DNA from: Candidatus Sumerlaeaceae bacterium
Lineage (GTDB): Bacteria > Sumerlaeota > Sumerlaeia > Sumerlaeales > Sumerlaeaceae
NCBI GenBank assembly: GCA_049968255.1
Contig: JBMFRB010000005.1
Location: 243,052-267,513, forward strand
Reading direction: 5' to 3'
DNA length: 24,462 nucleotides
A program made the translations under genes and the position numbers. Positions 1-9,886 of this stretch are shown here, in pieces. Each line of letters starts with the position of its first letter. Positions within the stretch are counted from its first letter, which is position 1. Under the pieces are notes generated by a model. The model made no database searches. It was not told where the DNA came from and saw nothing but the letters and a program-made list of their open reading frames with translations.

Positions 1-120
1 AATAAAGCGCGTGCCTCTTGTTTGGGGCCCTACTACGGGGCAAAAGCTCCTAAGTGGGCGGGCGAGAAAGGTTCTCGCTTTCATGAATTCGTGCGTCGAA
101 TGTTCGCTATTGTGTGCGTG

Positions 121-129
121 TGTTATCTT
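121..129 (+). promoter_or_regulatory. Candidate extended -10 promoter element (TG-n-TATCTT) upstream of lptF
   Basis: TGTTATCTT at 121-129, about 20 nt before the GGAGG RBS; no convincing -35 seen. Confidence 0.35.
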
Positions 130-147
130 GAGTGAGCGATGCATAAC

Positions 148-152
148 GGAGG
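148..152 (+). promoter_or_regulatory. Shine-Dalgarno GGAGG serving the proposed CTG start at 162
   Basis: GGAGG at 148-152 with a 9-nt spacer to the in-frame CTG at 162; in-frame stop TAA at 144-146. Confidence 0.6.
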
Positions 153-161
153 ACGCTGGAG

Positions 162-1412
162 CTGCGCCTGACAATTCTTCAACGTTACACGCTGAAGGAA
201 CTCCTTGGTCCTTTTGCCATGGGGCTGGGAGTTTTCACTTTTGTCTTTCTCGTAGGGCAGCTTTATCGCCTCATTGACCTTCTCATGACAAGCGGCGCTT
301 CACCTAAACTTGTTGGGGAACTCATTCTTTCGCTGCTTCCGGGGATTCTGTCGCTCACCACTCCCATGGCTTTGCTTGTGGCAATTCTGATGAGTGTGGG
401 GCGCCTCGCAGCGGATCGCGAGATTTTGGCGATGCGCATGAGCGGCATCAATCTCATGCATATTTTCACGCCTATTCTGGCCGTGGCGGCATTGCTCTCC
501 GGCGTCATGATAGCCGCGAATTATTCTTTTGTGCCGTTGCTCAACTTACGCGCCACTGACTTAGCAACTCAGATCGAGTTCAACGTGCTCTCGTCCATCC
601 CTCCCAACCGTTTTTTTGAACTCGACACAAGCACAGAAGGTCAATCGAGCGTGTTCTTTTTCGAGCGTCGAAATCCGAAAACGGGGGAAATGGAACATGT
701 TAACATAAAAACAACTATGCAAGAGGAGCCTACTCCAGAAGAACTCGCGCGGGAGAAGGAGCTGAAGGAAAAAATTGTCAAACTGGCTCAGACAAAGGAC
801 CCGAGTCTCAAACGAGAGGTTCAGCGGCTGCGCAAGCAAATGGATGAGGCTCGTCGCGCGAGGCACGTGCGCGAATCGCTGATCGCTGCAAACCGAGGCC
901 AGATCAAGGCAGACATTGGCGCGCGGTTGATCACACTCGAGCTCATCAATGGTTCTATTCACTATGTGGACACGAACCAGCCGACAAATTATTATATGAT
1001 TCGGTTCGATCAGCTCACGAAAGGCATACGCCCGCGCATGTCGCGCACGGAAGAGGGATCCTACGAAAAGACACCTCGCGAAATGTCGGTCCCCGAGCTG
1101 CGCAAGAAAATGCGCGAGGGCATCAAACCGGGCCGCTACTCGACGGAATTGCTTCAACGCTTCTCGATTCCTCTGGCGTGCATCGCCTTCGCGCTTATTG
1201 CGGTGCCCTTAGCCGTTTATGTGCGCCCCACAGCGAAAGCGATTGCATTCGGCATCTCGTTCTTGCTTATCTTTCTTTATTACGGATTGCTCAATTATGG
1301 GATTTCGCTGGGCAAGACAGGAAGCAGTGCGGCTGCCTTTGCGATGTTTTTTCCGAACATTTTGTTGGCGCTTATTGGTTCTTTGTTGATGTATCGGACG
1401 GTGATGAAGTAG
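162..1412 (+). CDS. lptF: LPS export ABC transporter permease, LptF/LptG (YjgP/YjgQ) family, LptF-like
   Basis: Three N-terminal and three C-terminal hydrophobic segments flank a soluble domain. Motifs include GRLAADREILAMRMSG and ELLQRFSIPLAC. The frame upstream of ATG219 reads LRLTILQRYTLKELLGPFA, a typical family N-terminus, so I placed the start at CTG162 (the ORF track gives 219). LptF versus LptG is not certain. Confidence 0.85.
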   Translation: MRLTILQRYTLKELLGPFAMGLGVFTFVFLVGQLYRLIDLLMTSGASPKLVGELILSLLPGILSLTTPMALLVAILMSVGRLAADREILAMRMSGINLMHIFTPILAVAALLSGVMIAANYSFVPLLNLRATDLATQIEFNVLSSIPPNRFFELDTSTEGQSSVFFFERRNPKTGEMEHVNIKTTMQEEPTPEELAREKELKEKIVKLAQTKDPSLKREVQRLRKQMDEARRARHVRESLIAANRGQIKADIGARLITLELINGSIHYVDTNQPTNYYMIRFDQLTKGIRPRMSRTEEGSYEKTPREMSVPELRKKMREGIKPGRYSTELLQRFSIPLACIAFALIAVPLAVYVRPTAKAIAFGISFLLIFLYYGLLNYGISLGKTGSSAAAFAMFFPNILLALIGSLLMYRTVMK

Positions 1413-1436
1413 CTCTGGGACTGTTGCGAACGTAGA

Positions 1437-4400
1437 ATGCGCTGGCGATATTCAATACAGGCTGCCGTAGCGGGGACCGCGATAGCTGTGATGTGGCTAG
1501 GAGCGAGTTTCCTCCTGCCACAGGAAAAGCGGTGCGTGCCTGTCGTGCACGCACGGCAGACGGAGCTCAAGCCGCAGTACGTCGCAAGAAGCGGCGCTTT
1601 TCCGGCACCCGTGACGGAGCAAGAAACTTCTCAAGAGCCCGAGCGTGTGCAGGATGTTGCCCAAGCACCAGATCTTTTGCCGCGCGAAGGTCACTTGGTG
1701 CCGCCAGGATTGCAGAGCGTTCCCACCGACGATCTGGCCTCTCAGACGGAGGCAGCGATGGAGGGCAATTTTGCTAAACTGGTCCCACCAGCCACCACGG
1801 AGGTTTCCTGGGATCCGAATGAGTACGAACTGTTAAGGACCGATGCACTCGCAACAAGTGACGTACTGAGCGTTTTGCCTCCAGGTTTTGTGACCCCGCC
1901 CGCGAAGCCTCTTTCGCTTGAGGAACTCTTGGCGGCGAGTCGTCCTGAGGAAAACGTGACCTATCTGCTGCCGAAGGGCACAGTGGACGAACCGCGCCAG
2001 AAGGTGGCTCAGTCGGCCAAAGAGCAAGTTCTGCCGCCAGGCCAGATCCTCATGGAGTCCACCGATTACCTTGATTTCGACGAGGAGCACCACCAGATTT
2101 ACGGACATGGCCGCGTGACCGCCCGTTACGGATCGTACAAGCTTGAGGCGGACCGCATGCTGGTGGATACGCTTTTGAAAGAGGTACAGGCTTACGGCAA
2201 CGTGATCCTCACGACTCCGCAGGACCATGTTGAGGCTGAGTCCCTCTGGATGAGCACGGAAAGCGGTCAGGGTGTGGCCTACAACGCGCGAGGACGCTCT
2301 GGTCCTTTTTACTTCCTTGGCGACCCATTCAAGTCGGAAGGGAAGACCACCTTTCGGCAGCTCAGTAGGGAGGAAAGTTATCTAAAGGACGCTTCCTTTA
2401 CAACATGCGATTTCCCCGTGCCTCATTATCGGCTGCGTGCCAAAGAGTTCACGATCATGGCCAACGACCGCGTCTTCGGCCGCAACGTTGTGCTCTACAT
2501 TCATGAAAAGCCGGTTCTCTGGTTGCCTTATTTTACCTATGCTTTGCGCGAGTCCAATCCCTGGGGATTTACGCTGGGCAGCGACACTAAACTCGGGGCT
2601 TTCGTGCGCGTTTGGTACGATTACTATAGCGCGCATTACACGCCAAGTGCGGTTGATGACGAAACGATGGAGGCGACCTCGAAGATGCGAGCCCGCCTCT
2701 ATACAGACTGGTTTTCAAAACGTGGGGAAGGCCTGGGTTTAAAGCTGACCTACTCTTTTGACAAAGGGCGTCACCAGGGTGAATTCAAAGGTTACGGCCT
2801 GAGCGACTCAGATCGCAATGTTGCGCCGTCGAGCCGCTACAGTATTGATTGGTATCACCGCACTCGCCTGGCAGAAGGCTTCTCGTGGCTCCTCGACGTG
2901 GATTATCAAAGCGATCCTGAGATTTTCTACGATGTGCTGGACCGCATGCGCAGCCGCACGGAGCAACGCCGTGACCGATTGCCGGAGCGGCGCATTGGAA
3001 CAGCGCTCGAATGGACGACCGACGATTTCTTCGCCGGACTGCGTGTGGAGATCAAGGATCGCATTGGACGTGACAGGTTGACCAATTTTGCTGAGCCGCT
3101 CGACAATGACTTCGATTACGATCGCGGTTACAACGATGAGCGGTTTGTGCGCCTAAGTCCACCAGCCTCGATTGGCAGCGTGCCCGTGCCTTTCGACGGC
3201 ATTTACACTGACCCGACCTCCATCAAGGACGAGAAGCTTGACGATGGCCTTGACCCGAAACGTTACGGGCGAGTGACCGAACGACTTCCGGAGATGCGCG
3301 TGAGCTCGAACCGCATGCGCCTGTGGACGTTGCCCTTATGGTATCATGTGGACTTGCGCGTGTTCAATAACCTCGACAAAGGGCTCAACACCGTTAGCAC
3401 AAAAGACGACAGCTACGTCACCGGGTTCGATCTTTATCAGTCGTTGAGCCATCTTCTGAAGTTCTGTGAACGCTACACACTGCTCACGAAGGTGGGGTTT
3501 GGCTTTGGTGTGGCGCAGCGACAGGATGATTCGTTCAACCTCGACTTCCCTGCTGGTGCCACCTTCCCCTTCGTGTATGACGGCCAACGCATTGGCGACA
3601 CTATCACAGGCGTGACGTTCCTGGACCGTGAGACCTTCCTTGTCGGTAAGCGTAAATTTAGCCTTAACAACGTGCAGCCGGCATTCGTTTATGGCGACAT
3701 TGACAGCCGCTTCAATGCTCGCCTCACCGACGCTTTGACGGCCTGGATCCGTTACCGCTACCGTGAAGGGACAAAGGATAGCTTAGGCGAATTTTATGAG
3801 AGTATTGGAAGCCGCAAAACCCGCGACGATCTCTTTGATTTTCGGCTGCGCGAGCACTGGATCGAAGCAGGACTCGACTACAAGTTGCTTTATCCCAATC
3901 TCAATGCCTCGTTCTCGCTTGGCAATAACCTTCAGGGGCGCAGCGACATCACGCCAAACGAGTTGCTGCGCTACGCGAACCTTGGCGTTAATTGGACCAA
4001 CACGCGCAATACGCTGGTGGTGGGCGGCGGCGTGAGCGTGCAAGAACGTCAGATGCGCGATCCCACCGACCCGAACGAGTTCCAGCAGCGCTCTGTGGCG
4101 ACGTATATCGGCGCGACCCATCGGCCGGTGCACAATCGCTACTATACGCGTCTGACCGTTTACGAAACAAAGCCGCAGCAGAACGACCCGCTAGGAGTTT
4201 CGGGACGCGACATTCTTGACACTCGCGATGAGACCGTTATAGACTTTTCTCACGGGCATAAGATCGGATCGAAGTACCTGGCTGAGTATGCGATCCGGCA
4301 TCGCTCCCGCGACAAAGGCGCGTCGGAGCAGTACTTCCGACTGTCGCGCGATTTTCATGATATCATCGGCGGCATTGAGCTGAGAGTCGAGGACAAAGGT

Positions 4401-4556
4401 TTGTCAGGCGACTCAGAATCTGGAACAAAGAAGGATTACCAGATTCGCCTGAGCTTCAAACTCAAGCAGTCCATTGACAAGGGTGCCATGCCGACAAAGC
4501 GAACAGACACGTTGTTTTCGCGGTCAAAATTAGCAGCTTTCGACACGGGCGGTTGA
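1437..4556 (+). CDS. lptD: LptD/OstA-like LPS-assembly outer-membrane protein (1039 aa, extended)
   Basis: Jellyroll-type segment (YGHGRVTARY..LEADRM..VQAYGNVIL), the LptD-like FTTCD..PHYRLRAKE..KPVLWLPYF motif, and amphipathic beta-strands. Lies 24 nt downstream of lptF. Confidence 0.75.
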   Translation: MRWRYSIQAAVAGTAIAVMWLGASFLLPQEKRCVPVVHARQTELKPQYVARSGAFPAPVTEQETSQEPERVQDVAQAPDLLPREGHLVPPGLQSVPTDDLASQTEAAMEGNFAKLVPPATTEVSWDPNEYELLRTDALATSDVLSVLPPGFVTPPAKPLSLEELLAASRPEENVTYLLPKGTVDEPRQKVAQSAKEQVLPPGQILMESTDYLDFDEEHHQIYGHGRVTARYGSYKLEADRMLVDTLLKEVQAYGNVILTTPQDHVEAESLWMSTESGQGVAYNARGRSGPFYFLGDPFKSEGKTTFRQLSREESYLKDASFTTCDFPVPHYRLRAKEFTIMANDRVFGRNVVLYIHEKPVLWLPYFTYALRESNPWGFTLGSDTKLGAFVRVWYDYYSAHYTPSAVDDETMEATSKMRARLYTDWFSKRGEGLGLKLTYSFDKGRHQGEFKGYGLSDSDRNVAPSSRYSIDWYHRTRLAEGFSWLLDVDYQSDPEIFYDVLDRMRSRTEQRRDRLPERRIGTALEWTTDDFFAGLRVEIKDRIGRDRLTNFAEPLDNDFDYDRGYNDERFVRLSPPASIGSVPVPFDGIYTDPTSIKDEKLDDGLDPKRYGRVTERLPEMRVSSNRMRLWTLPLWYHVDLRVFNNLDKGLNTVSTKDDSYVTGFDLYQSLSHLLKFCERYTLLTKVGFGFGVAQRQDDSFNLDFPAGATFPFVYDGQRIGDTITGVTFLDRETFLVGKRKFSLNNVQPAFVYGDIDSRFNARLTDALTAWIRYRYREGTKDSLGEFYESIGSRKTRDDLFDFRLREHWIEAGLDYKLLYPNLNASFSLGNNLQGRSDITPNELLRYANLGVNWTNTRNTLVVGGGVSVQERQMRDPTDPNEFQQRSVATYIGATHRPVHNRYYTRLTVYETKPQQNDPLGVSGRDILDTRDETVIDFSHGHKIGSKYLAEYAIRHRSRDKGASEQYFRLSRDFHDIIGGIELRVEDKGLSGDSESGTKKDYQIRLSFKLKQSIDKGAMPTKRTDTLFSRSKLAAFDTGG

Positions 4557-4578
4557 GAGAAGAGGTCAAGTCACGGGT

Positions 4579-4971
4579 ATGGGAAAAAAGCGCAAGATTC
4601 TGGCAGTGGACGACGAATTGGATCTTTTGTTGATTATCAAAACTGCACTTTCGAGCGAGGGGTTCGAGGTCATGACAGCGACGAATGGTCCTGACGCGTT
4701 GGCCATGGCTGAGGACGAGAAGCCAGATCTGATCATCCTTGATGTGATGATGCCCGAGATGAATGGCTTCGAAGTGCTTCAGGCGCTGCGCGAAAGCGTG
4801 ACCACGGAGCGCATCCCCGTGATTATGCTGACAGGCGTTTCCGAGAGAGAAAAGATTCGCGATGCGCTGTCGGCTGGCATCGATTACTATATCGTCAAGC
4901 CATTCCAGCTGCACGATCTCGTCGCGAAAGTGAATTTGGCCATCGCGGATGCTGAAAACCCTGGACTCTAG
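4579..4971 (+). CDS. Single-domain response regulator (CheY-like receiver)
   Basis: ILAVDDE acidic pocket, LDVMMP phospho-Asp, MLTG, IVKPF; no output domain; GAGG RBS upstream. Confidence 0.92.
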   Translation: MGKKRKILAVDDELDLLLIIKTALSSEGFEVMTATNGPDALAMAEDEKPDLIILDVMMPEMNGFEVLQALRESVTTERIPVIMLTGVSEREKIRDALSAGIDYYIVKPFQLHDLVAKVNLAIADAENPGL

Positions 4972-5069
4972 CGCGCCGCTGCGGTGGTTTCCAACTTGCT
5001 GGCCTGGGAACATCACTCTGTTGTCGCTACGAGTGGTGGAAGATGAGTTGGATAGGCGCCAAACCACGC

Positions 5070-6116
5070 CTAGCAGATGCGAGGAAGCTGCTCTCCGCTG
5101 AGCATGTCGAGAATGCGGTTTGTGCCAATGCAACTCCTGAGAATAACTTCTCCAGTTCCTTTTTGCTGAACATGGCCAATAATTTCGGGTTTGGGAGCCC
5201 CTGCCGTACGCAGAAGTTCGATAGCTCGTTCCGCCTGATCCGCGCGGACAAAAGCCACAAAGCGCCCCTCACAGGCCACATAGAGTGGATCAAACCCCAA
5301 AAGTTCGCACACAGCGCGCACGGAAGGAATGACGGGAATCTTCGTCTCATCCACGAAAATGCGATGGCCACTGGCGGAGGCCAACTCGTTGAGTGCGCTT
5401 GAAAGGCCACCTCGGGTCAGATCGCGCAAGCAGTGCACTTCGATGCCTGCTTCTAGCAGCACGGCCACCTGAGGCCACAGTGGGGAACAGTCACTCTCGA
5501 TCTGGGTCTCGAGCGCAAGCCCTTCGCGTTGCGCCATGATGGCGATGCCATGCCGGCCCAGGTCGCCGTTGACCACGACCGCATCGCCTTCACGAAGGCT
5601 AAGGGGCTCGATTTCCAGATCGTGCTCGATCACGCCAACCCCCGCGGTGTTCACATAAATTCCGTCTCCTTTGCCCCGATCCACAACCTTGGTATCGCCG
5701 GTGACAATGATCGCGCCGCACCGGTGAGCAGCTGCGGCAATGGCTTGCACGACCTCCCACAGCGTTGCCATCGGCAAGCCTTCTTCCAGAATAAGGCCCA
5801 GGCTCAGCCAGCATGCGCGAGCGCCACACATGGCGAGGTCGTTGGCCGTGCCGTAAACAGCGAGCTCCCCGATGTTTCCCCCCGGAAAGAACAATGGCTT
5901 GACCACGTAAGAATCCGTCGTAAACGCCAAGCGGGCGCCGGTTGGGGGGATAAGAACGGCACCGTCGTGACTTTGCCTTTCGCTGCCGCCAAACGCGGCA
6001 AGGAACATCTTACTGATCAGATCGTGCATCAGCCGGCCACCTCCGCCGTGTGCCAAGGTGACGTAGGGATAGTCGCGTATCGGAATGGGGCAAGAGAGCT
6101 CAAACGCATTGCTCAT
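5070..6116 (-). CDS. hypE: [NiFe]-hydrogenase maturation carbamoyl dehydratase HypE
   Basis: [48 protein letters not shown] and C-terminal LPRIC. ATG at 6116 overlaps the hypD stop (ATGA). Confidence 0.97.
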   Translation of the reverse strand: MSNAFELSCPIPIRDYPYVTLAHGGGGRLMHDLISKMFLAAFGGSERQSHDGAVLIPPTGARLAFTTDSYVVKPLFFPGGNIGELAVYGTANDLAMCGARACWLSLGLILEEGLPMATLWEVVQAIAAAAHRCGAIIVTGDTKVVDRGKGDGIYVNTAGVGVIEHDLEIEPLSLREGDAVVVNGDLGRHGIAIMAQREGLALETQIESDCSPLWPQVAVLLEAGIEVHCLRDLTRGGLSSALNELASASGHRIFVDETKIPVIPSVRAVCELLGFDPLYVACEGRFVAFVRADQAERAIELLRTAGAPKPEIIGHVQQKGTGEVILRSCIGTNRILDMLSGEQLPRIC

Positions 6117-7231
6117 GCTTGTGCTCCTGAACAATCAGCATTGGCGCGTTGTCGGCGATAGCGATAATAAGCGGCACAGGCGCCTTCGCTGGAAACCATC
6201 GTGGCGCCGAGCGGGTGCTCAGGCGTACAGCGTATGGCAAAGGCCGGACATTCGTGCGGCTTTTTGAGTCCCTGCAAAATCAGGCCACTGATGCAGTCGG
6301 GCGATTCTTGCACATTCGTGGCTGCGACATTGAAACGCAGCTCGGCATCGAACTCTCGGAACTCTTCGCGCAGGCCGAATCCACTTGCAGGGATTTCGCC
6401 AATACCACGCCATTTCCGAGGGACGACATCGAAGACCTCTTTGATGAGTTCTTGGGCTCGCCGATTTCCTTCACGCGCCACCACTCGCGAATACTGATTC
6501 TCGACCTGGGCCCTCCCTTCTTCAAGCTGCTTCACGCACATCAACAACCCTTCCAGAATATCAACTGGTTCGAAGCCTGTGACAACGATGGGCACTTTGT
6601 ACTTTGCTGCTAAAGGCTCATATTCGTGATAGCCCATGACCGTGCAAACATGGCCGGCAGCAAGGAAACCTTGCACGCGGTTGGTGGGTGAGGATAAGAT
6701 CGCCTCGATCGCGGGCGGAACCAAGACGTGCGAGACAAGCAGCGAGAAATTGCGCACGTTTTGCTGTCTGGCTTGATAGACCGCCATTGCATTTGCTGGC
6801 GCGGTAGTCTCGAATCCCACAGCGAAAAAGACCACTTGCCGATCAGGCATACTACGGGCGAAGGCCAGGGCATCGAGAGGCGAGTAGACGATGCGTACGT
6901 CGGCGCCTTGGGCTTTTGCACTGAAGAGATCGCCGTGCGATCCTGGCACGCGAAGCATGTCGCCAAACGAGCAAAAGGTTACGTTGGGCCTTGCCGCAAT
7001 GGCCAGTGCCTTGTCTATGAGTTCAAGGGGTGTGACGCATACCGGGCAGCCGGGGCCATGAACAAGTGTCAATTTGGGCGGAAGGAGTTCATCTAATCCG
7101 AAACGAACAATTGAGTGCGTCTGACCGCCGCAGATCTCCATGATGGTCCAAGGTCGAGTGAGGGTGCGGCGCAGAGCATCTGCGAGGGAACGCACAGCCC
7201 GCTCGTCACGGAATTCCTCGACGTATTTCAC
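6113..7231 (-). CDS. hypD: Hydrogenase maturation protein HypD
   Basis: [25 protein letters not shown] and C-terminal Fe-S cysteines ending [15 protein letters not shown] start overlaps the hypC stop (GTGA); AAGGAGG RBS. Confidence 0.97.
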   Translation of the reverse strand: MKYVEEFRDERAVRSLADALRRTLTRPWTIMEICGGQTHSIVRFGLDELLPPKLTLVHGPGCPVCVTPLELIDKALAIAARPNVTFCSFGDMLRVPGSHGDLFSAKAQGADVRIVYSPLDALAFARSMPDRQVVFFAVGFETTAPANAMAVYQARQQNVRNFSLLVSHVLVPPAIEAILSSPTNRVQGFLAAGHVCTVMGYHEYEPLAAKYKVPIVVTGFEPVDILEGLLMCVKQLEEGRAQVENQYSRVVAREGNRRAQELIKEVFDVVPRKWRGIGEIPASGFGLREEFREFDAELRFNVAATNVQESPDCISGLILQGLKKPHECPAFAIRCTPEHPLGATMVSSEGACAAYYRYRRQRANADCSGAQA

Positions 7232-7497
7232 GCCTCGCCTCCTTGGGGCGCACTTGGGTTTTCGTCGGCCAAGTCCTCCATCGCGCGCAGGGTCTCCAAT
7301 AGGCGTCCGGCCTCTTCTTCATCCAGCCGTTGAAGTGCAAAACCGACGTGCACAATGACGTAGTCACCGACCTGGGCCTCTGGAACGTAGGCCAGGTTTA
7401 CCTCACGCACCACACCGCCGAAGTTCACACGGCCACTGCGCGTGAGAGGATCCTCATGAGTGATGCTCTCAATCCTTCCCGGCACTGCTAGACACAT
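7228..7497 (-). CDS. hypC: Hydrogenase maturation chaperone HypC/HybG/HupF family
   Basis: Starts MCLAVPG (ATG 7497, AAGGA RBS); [12 protein letters not shown] motif; 89 aa. Confidence 0.96.
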   Translation of the reverse strand: MCLAVPGRIESITHEDPLTRSGRVNFGGVVREVNLAYVPEAQVGDYVIVHVGFALQRLDEEEAGRLLETLRAMEDLADENPSAPQGGEA

Positions 7498-9886
7498 GGC
7501 TGTTTTCCTTCCGCAGAAAAAAAGCTGCTGCGACCGCCTGACCGACAGCGATGCCTCCATCGTTCGGAGGTACCTTCTCATGGATAAAAACATGAAAACG
7601 TTCTTCTTCAAGACGTAAGCAGGCGTACTCGGTAAGCAGACGATTTTGAAAACACCCGCCGGTCAAAACAATTGTCGGCTTATTTATGCGCCGCGCCATG
7701 CTCACAATGACTTCGACGAGCGTGGCATGAAAGCGCGCTGCGATCTTGGCACGCGGTTCGTCGTGTTCGCGATCTTCAATAATTGCGCGGATCATTGGGC
7801 TCCAGTCAAAAACATTCACGACGGACAAACCGGCGTCGTCAGGAGAAGGGGGCAATGGCCAAAGCACATCTCGGACCGGCGCCGTGCGGTTCTGCCACGC
7901 AAGGGGATATGTCGGCACTCCTCGGAGCGACTCGGCGCAACATTCGAGCTCCATGGCGGCTTGCCCTTCGAAAGAACATACCTGGCGAATATCGAGAAGA
8001 GCCGCAACAGCGTCGAAAAGGCGGCCCGCGCCAACTGTCCAGGGCGCGTTCAGGCCGGTTTCCAGCATCTTCAGGAGCACCGATAGCTCCACATCGCGAA
8101 ATGCGTGAGGCAGATGCGCTGCGAACCACTCCGTTGCCGCCGAGGGACCAAGCATTTGGGCCAAAACAGCCAGCGCGGAGCGTCGCGGCTCGCGCATGGC
8201 GCGGTCGCCACCGAGAGCTCGCCAGGCGCGAAAATGCGCCACACGTTGAATCACGCCTTCTTTCAAAAGAAGAAATTCGCTTCCCCAAATGGTGTGATCG
8301 AGCCCAAGACCCGTACCATCCCACACTACGCCGAGCACGTCCTGGCCAAACAGTCTGTGTTCTGCTAACGCAGCATAGAGATGAGCGATGTGATGGGGGA
8401 CTCGCAGGAGGGTGTGCGTGGGGCAAGAGATTTCTTCCGCAGTACGGGTGGAAACATAATCTGGGTGGAGATCACATGCCAGGCGGCGGAGCTCGACTTT
8501 GTAGAGATCCGTGAGCGCTGCCAACGTGCTGCGGTGCGCACGCACTGCAGGCTCAGTATCGAGATCCCCAATGTGCTGACTGACAATGATATTGTTGCCC
8601 ACACCTACAGCCACGGTGTTCTTAAGGTGCGCACCGAACGCAACAATGCCGCCGGCTGACTCATCGAGTGTAACAACGGGCAGGGGTGCATAGCCGCGGG
8701 CGCGGCGTAGTACGACCAGACGCCCAGCCATGACCCGCACGACACTGTCGTCCACATAGCGCGCAATGGGGCGATTGTGCGTGAGGAACACGTCGGCAAT
8801 GCCAGCAAGGCGCTCAAGCGCTTCGCGTGTGGAAGTGCAAATTGGCTCATCAGTTACATTGCCGCTTGTCGCCACAAGTGGCCCGCCAAACTCGCGCATG
8901 AGAAGGTGATGGAGGGGAGAGTAGGGAAGCATGATCCCTAAGTTGGGATTGTGCGGAGCCACCGAAGAAGATATGTCCTCGGTAGAGACGGGATTGCGTT
9001 CCAGCAGCACTATCGGACTTTCAGGTGAAGCAAGAACTTTCTCCTCGATGGGGCTCACACGGCACAGCGAACGTGCGTACTCAACTGATGGCGCCATGAG
9101 TGCGAACGGCTTCTCTTCGCGGCGCTTTCGTTGCCGCAGCCGTTGCACGGCCTGGTCGTTGCGCGCATCCACGAGAAGCTGGAAACCGCCGATACCCTTG
9201 AGCGCCACGATCGCACCCTGGCGCAGTGCAGCAACGGCGTGCTGAAGAGCTTCGTGGCCCGCGGCAATCTCGGCGCCCTGAGGATCAAGAAGTGAGAGTT
9301 TTGGTCCGCAAACGGGACAAGCATTTGGCTGGGCATGGAATCGTCGGTTGGTGGGATCCCCATATTCTGCGCGGCATTGGGGGCACATCTCAAAGCAGAC
9401 CATTGTGGTGTTGCTGCGATCGTACGGAAGACGCCGAATGATGGAATAGCGCGGCCCACAATTTGTGCAGTTGGTGAACGGGTAAAGATAGCGTCGGTCA
9501 GCTGGATCGAAGATTTCGTCTAGACACTGCGCGCAGGTGGCCACGTCAGGCAGCACAAGAGCTGCCGGTGCGCCATCGGTTTCGCTGCGACGAATGAGAA
9601 ATCGCGTTTCGCCCCGCGGCTCCACCGTTTTGCGCTCGATTTTTTGCACAGAGGCAAGCGGCGGTAATTCACTGAGAAGACGGTCGATAAATTCGTCAAT
9701 TTTCTCTGTTGGCCCCTCGATTTCGACTTCCGCACCAGAGGGAGTGTTTGCCACCCAACCACCGAGAGCGAGCTCGTGTGCAAGCCGATAGACAAACGGT
9801 CGGAAACCGACTCCTTGCACTGTTCCCTCGAGCCGGAAATTGCAGCGGGCACGTTGGCCGTGATTGTCTGTGACATCGGGCATCAT
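7469..9886 (-). CDS. hypF: Carbamoyltransferase HypF
   Basis: Acylphosphatase domain (GTVQGVGFRPFVY), four CxxC pairs (CAQC, CTNC, CPQC, CPVC), KGIGGF, HHIAH, DGTG and PPNDGGIAVGQ. Start uncertain (9883, 9886 or 9922). Confidence 0.96.
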   Translation of the reverse strand: MMPDVTDNHGQRARCNFRLEGTVQGVGFRPFVYRLAHELALGGWVANTPSGAEVEIEGPTEKIDEFIDRLLSELPPLASVQKIERKTVEPRGETRFLIRRSETDGAPAALVLPDVATCAQCLDEIFDPADRRYLYPFTNCTNCGPRYSIIRRLPYDRSNTTMVCFEMCPQCRAEYGDPTNRRFHAQPNACPVCGPKLSLLDPQGAEIAAGHEALQHAVAALRQGAIVALKGIGGFQLLVDARNDQAVQRLRQRKRREEKPFALMAPSVEYARSLCRVSPIEEKVLASPESPIVLLERNPVSTEDISSSVAPHNPNLGIMLPYSPLHHLLMREFGGPLVATSGNVTDEPICTSTREALERLAGIADVFLTHNRPIARYVDDSVVRVMAGRLVVLRRARGYAPLPVVTLDESAGGIVAFGAHLKNTVAVGVGNNIIVSQHIGDLDTEPAVRAHRSTLAALTDLYKVELRRLACDLHPDYVSTRTAEEISCPTHTLLRVPHHIAHLYAALAEHRLFGQDVLGVVWDGTGLGLDHTIWGSEFLLLKEGVIQRVAHFRAWRALGGDRAMREPRRSALAVLAQMLGPSAATEWFAAHLPHAFRDVELSVLLKMLETGLNAPWTVGAGRLFDAVAALLDIRQVCSFEGQAAMELECCAESLRGVPTYPLAWQNRTAPVRDVLWPLPPSPDDAGLSVVNVFDWSPMIRAIIEDREHDEPRAKIAARFHATLVEVIVSMARRINKPTIVLTGGCFQNRLLTEYACLRLEEERFHVFIHEKVPPNDGGIAVGQAVAAAFFLRKENSHVSSSAGKD

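Noticed and set aside
4462-8514. Long antisense or alternate-frame ORFs (for example 4462-5133, 5529-6161, 7783-8514)
   Set aside because: Shadow ORFs of well-supported genes, expected in GC-rich coding DNA.
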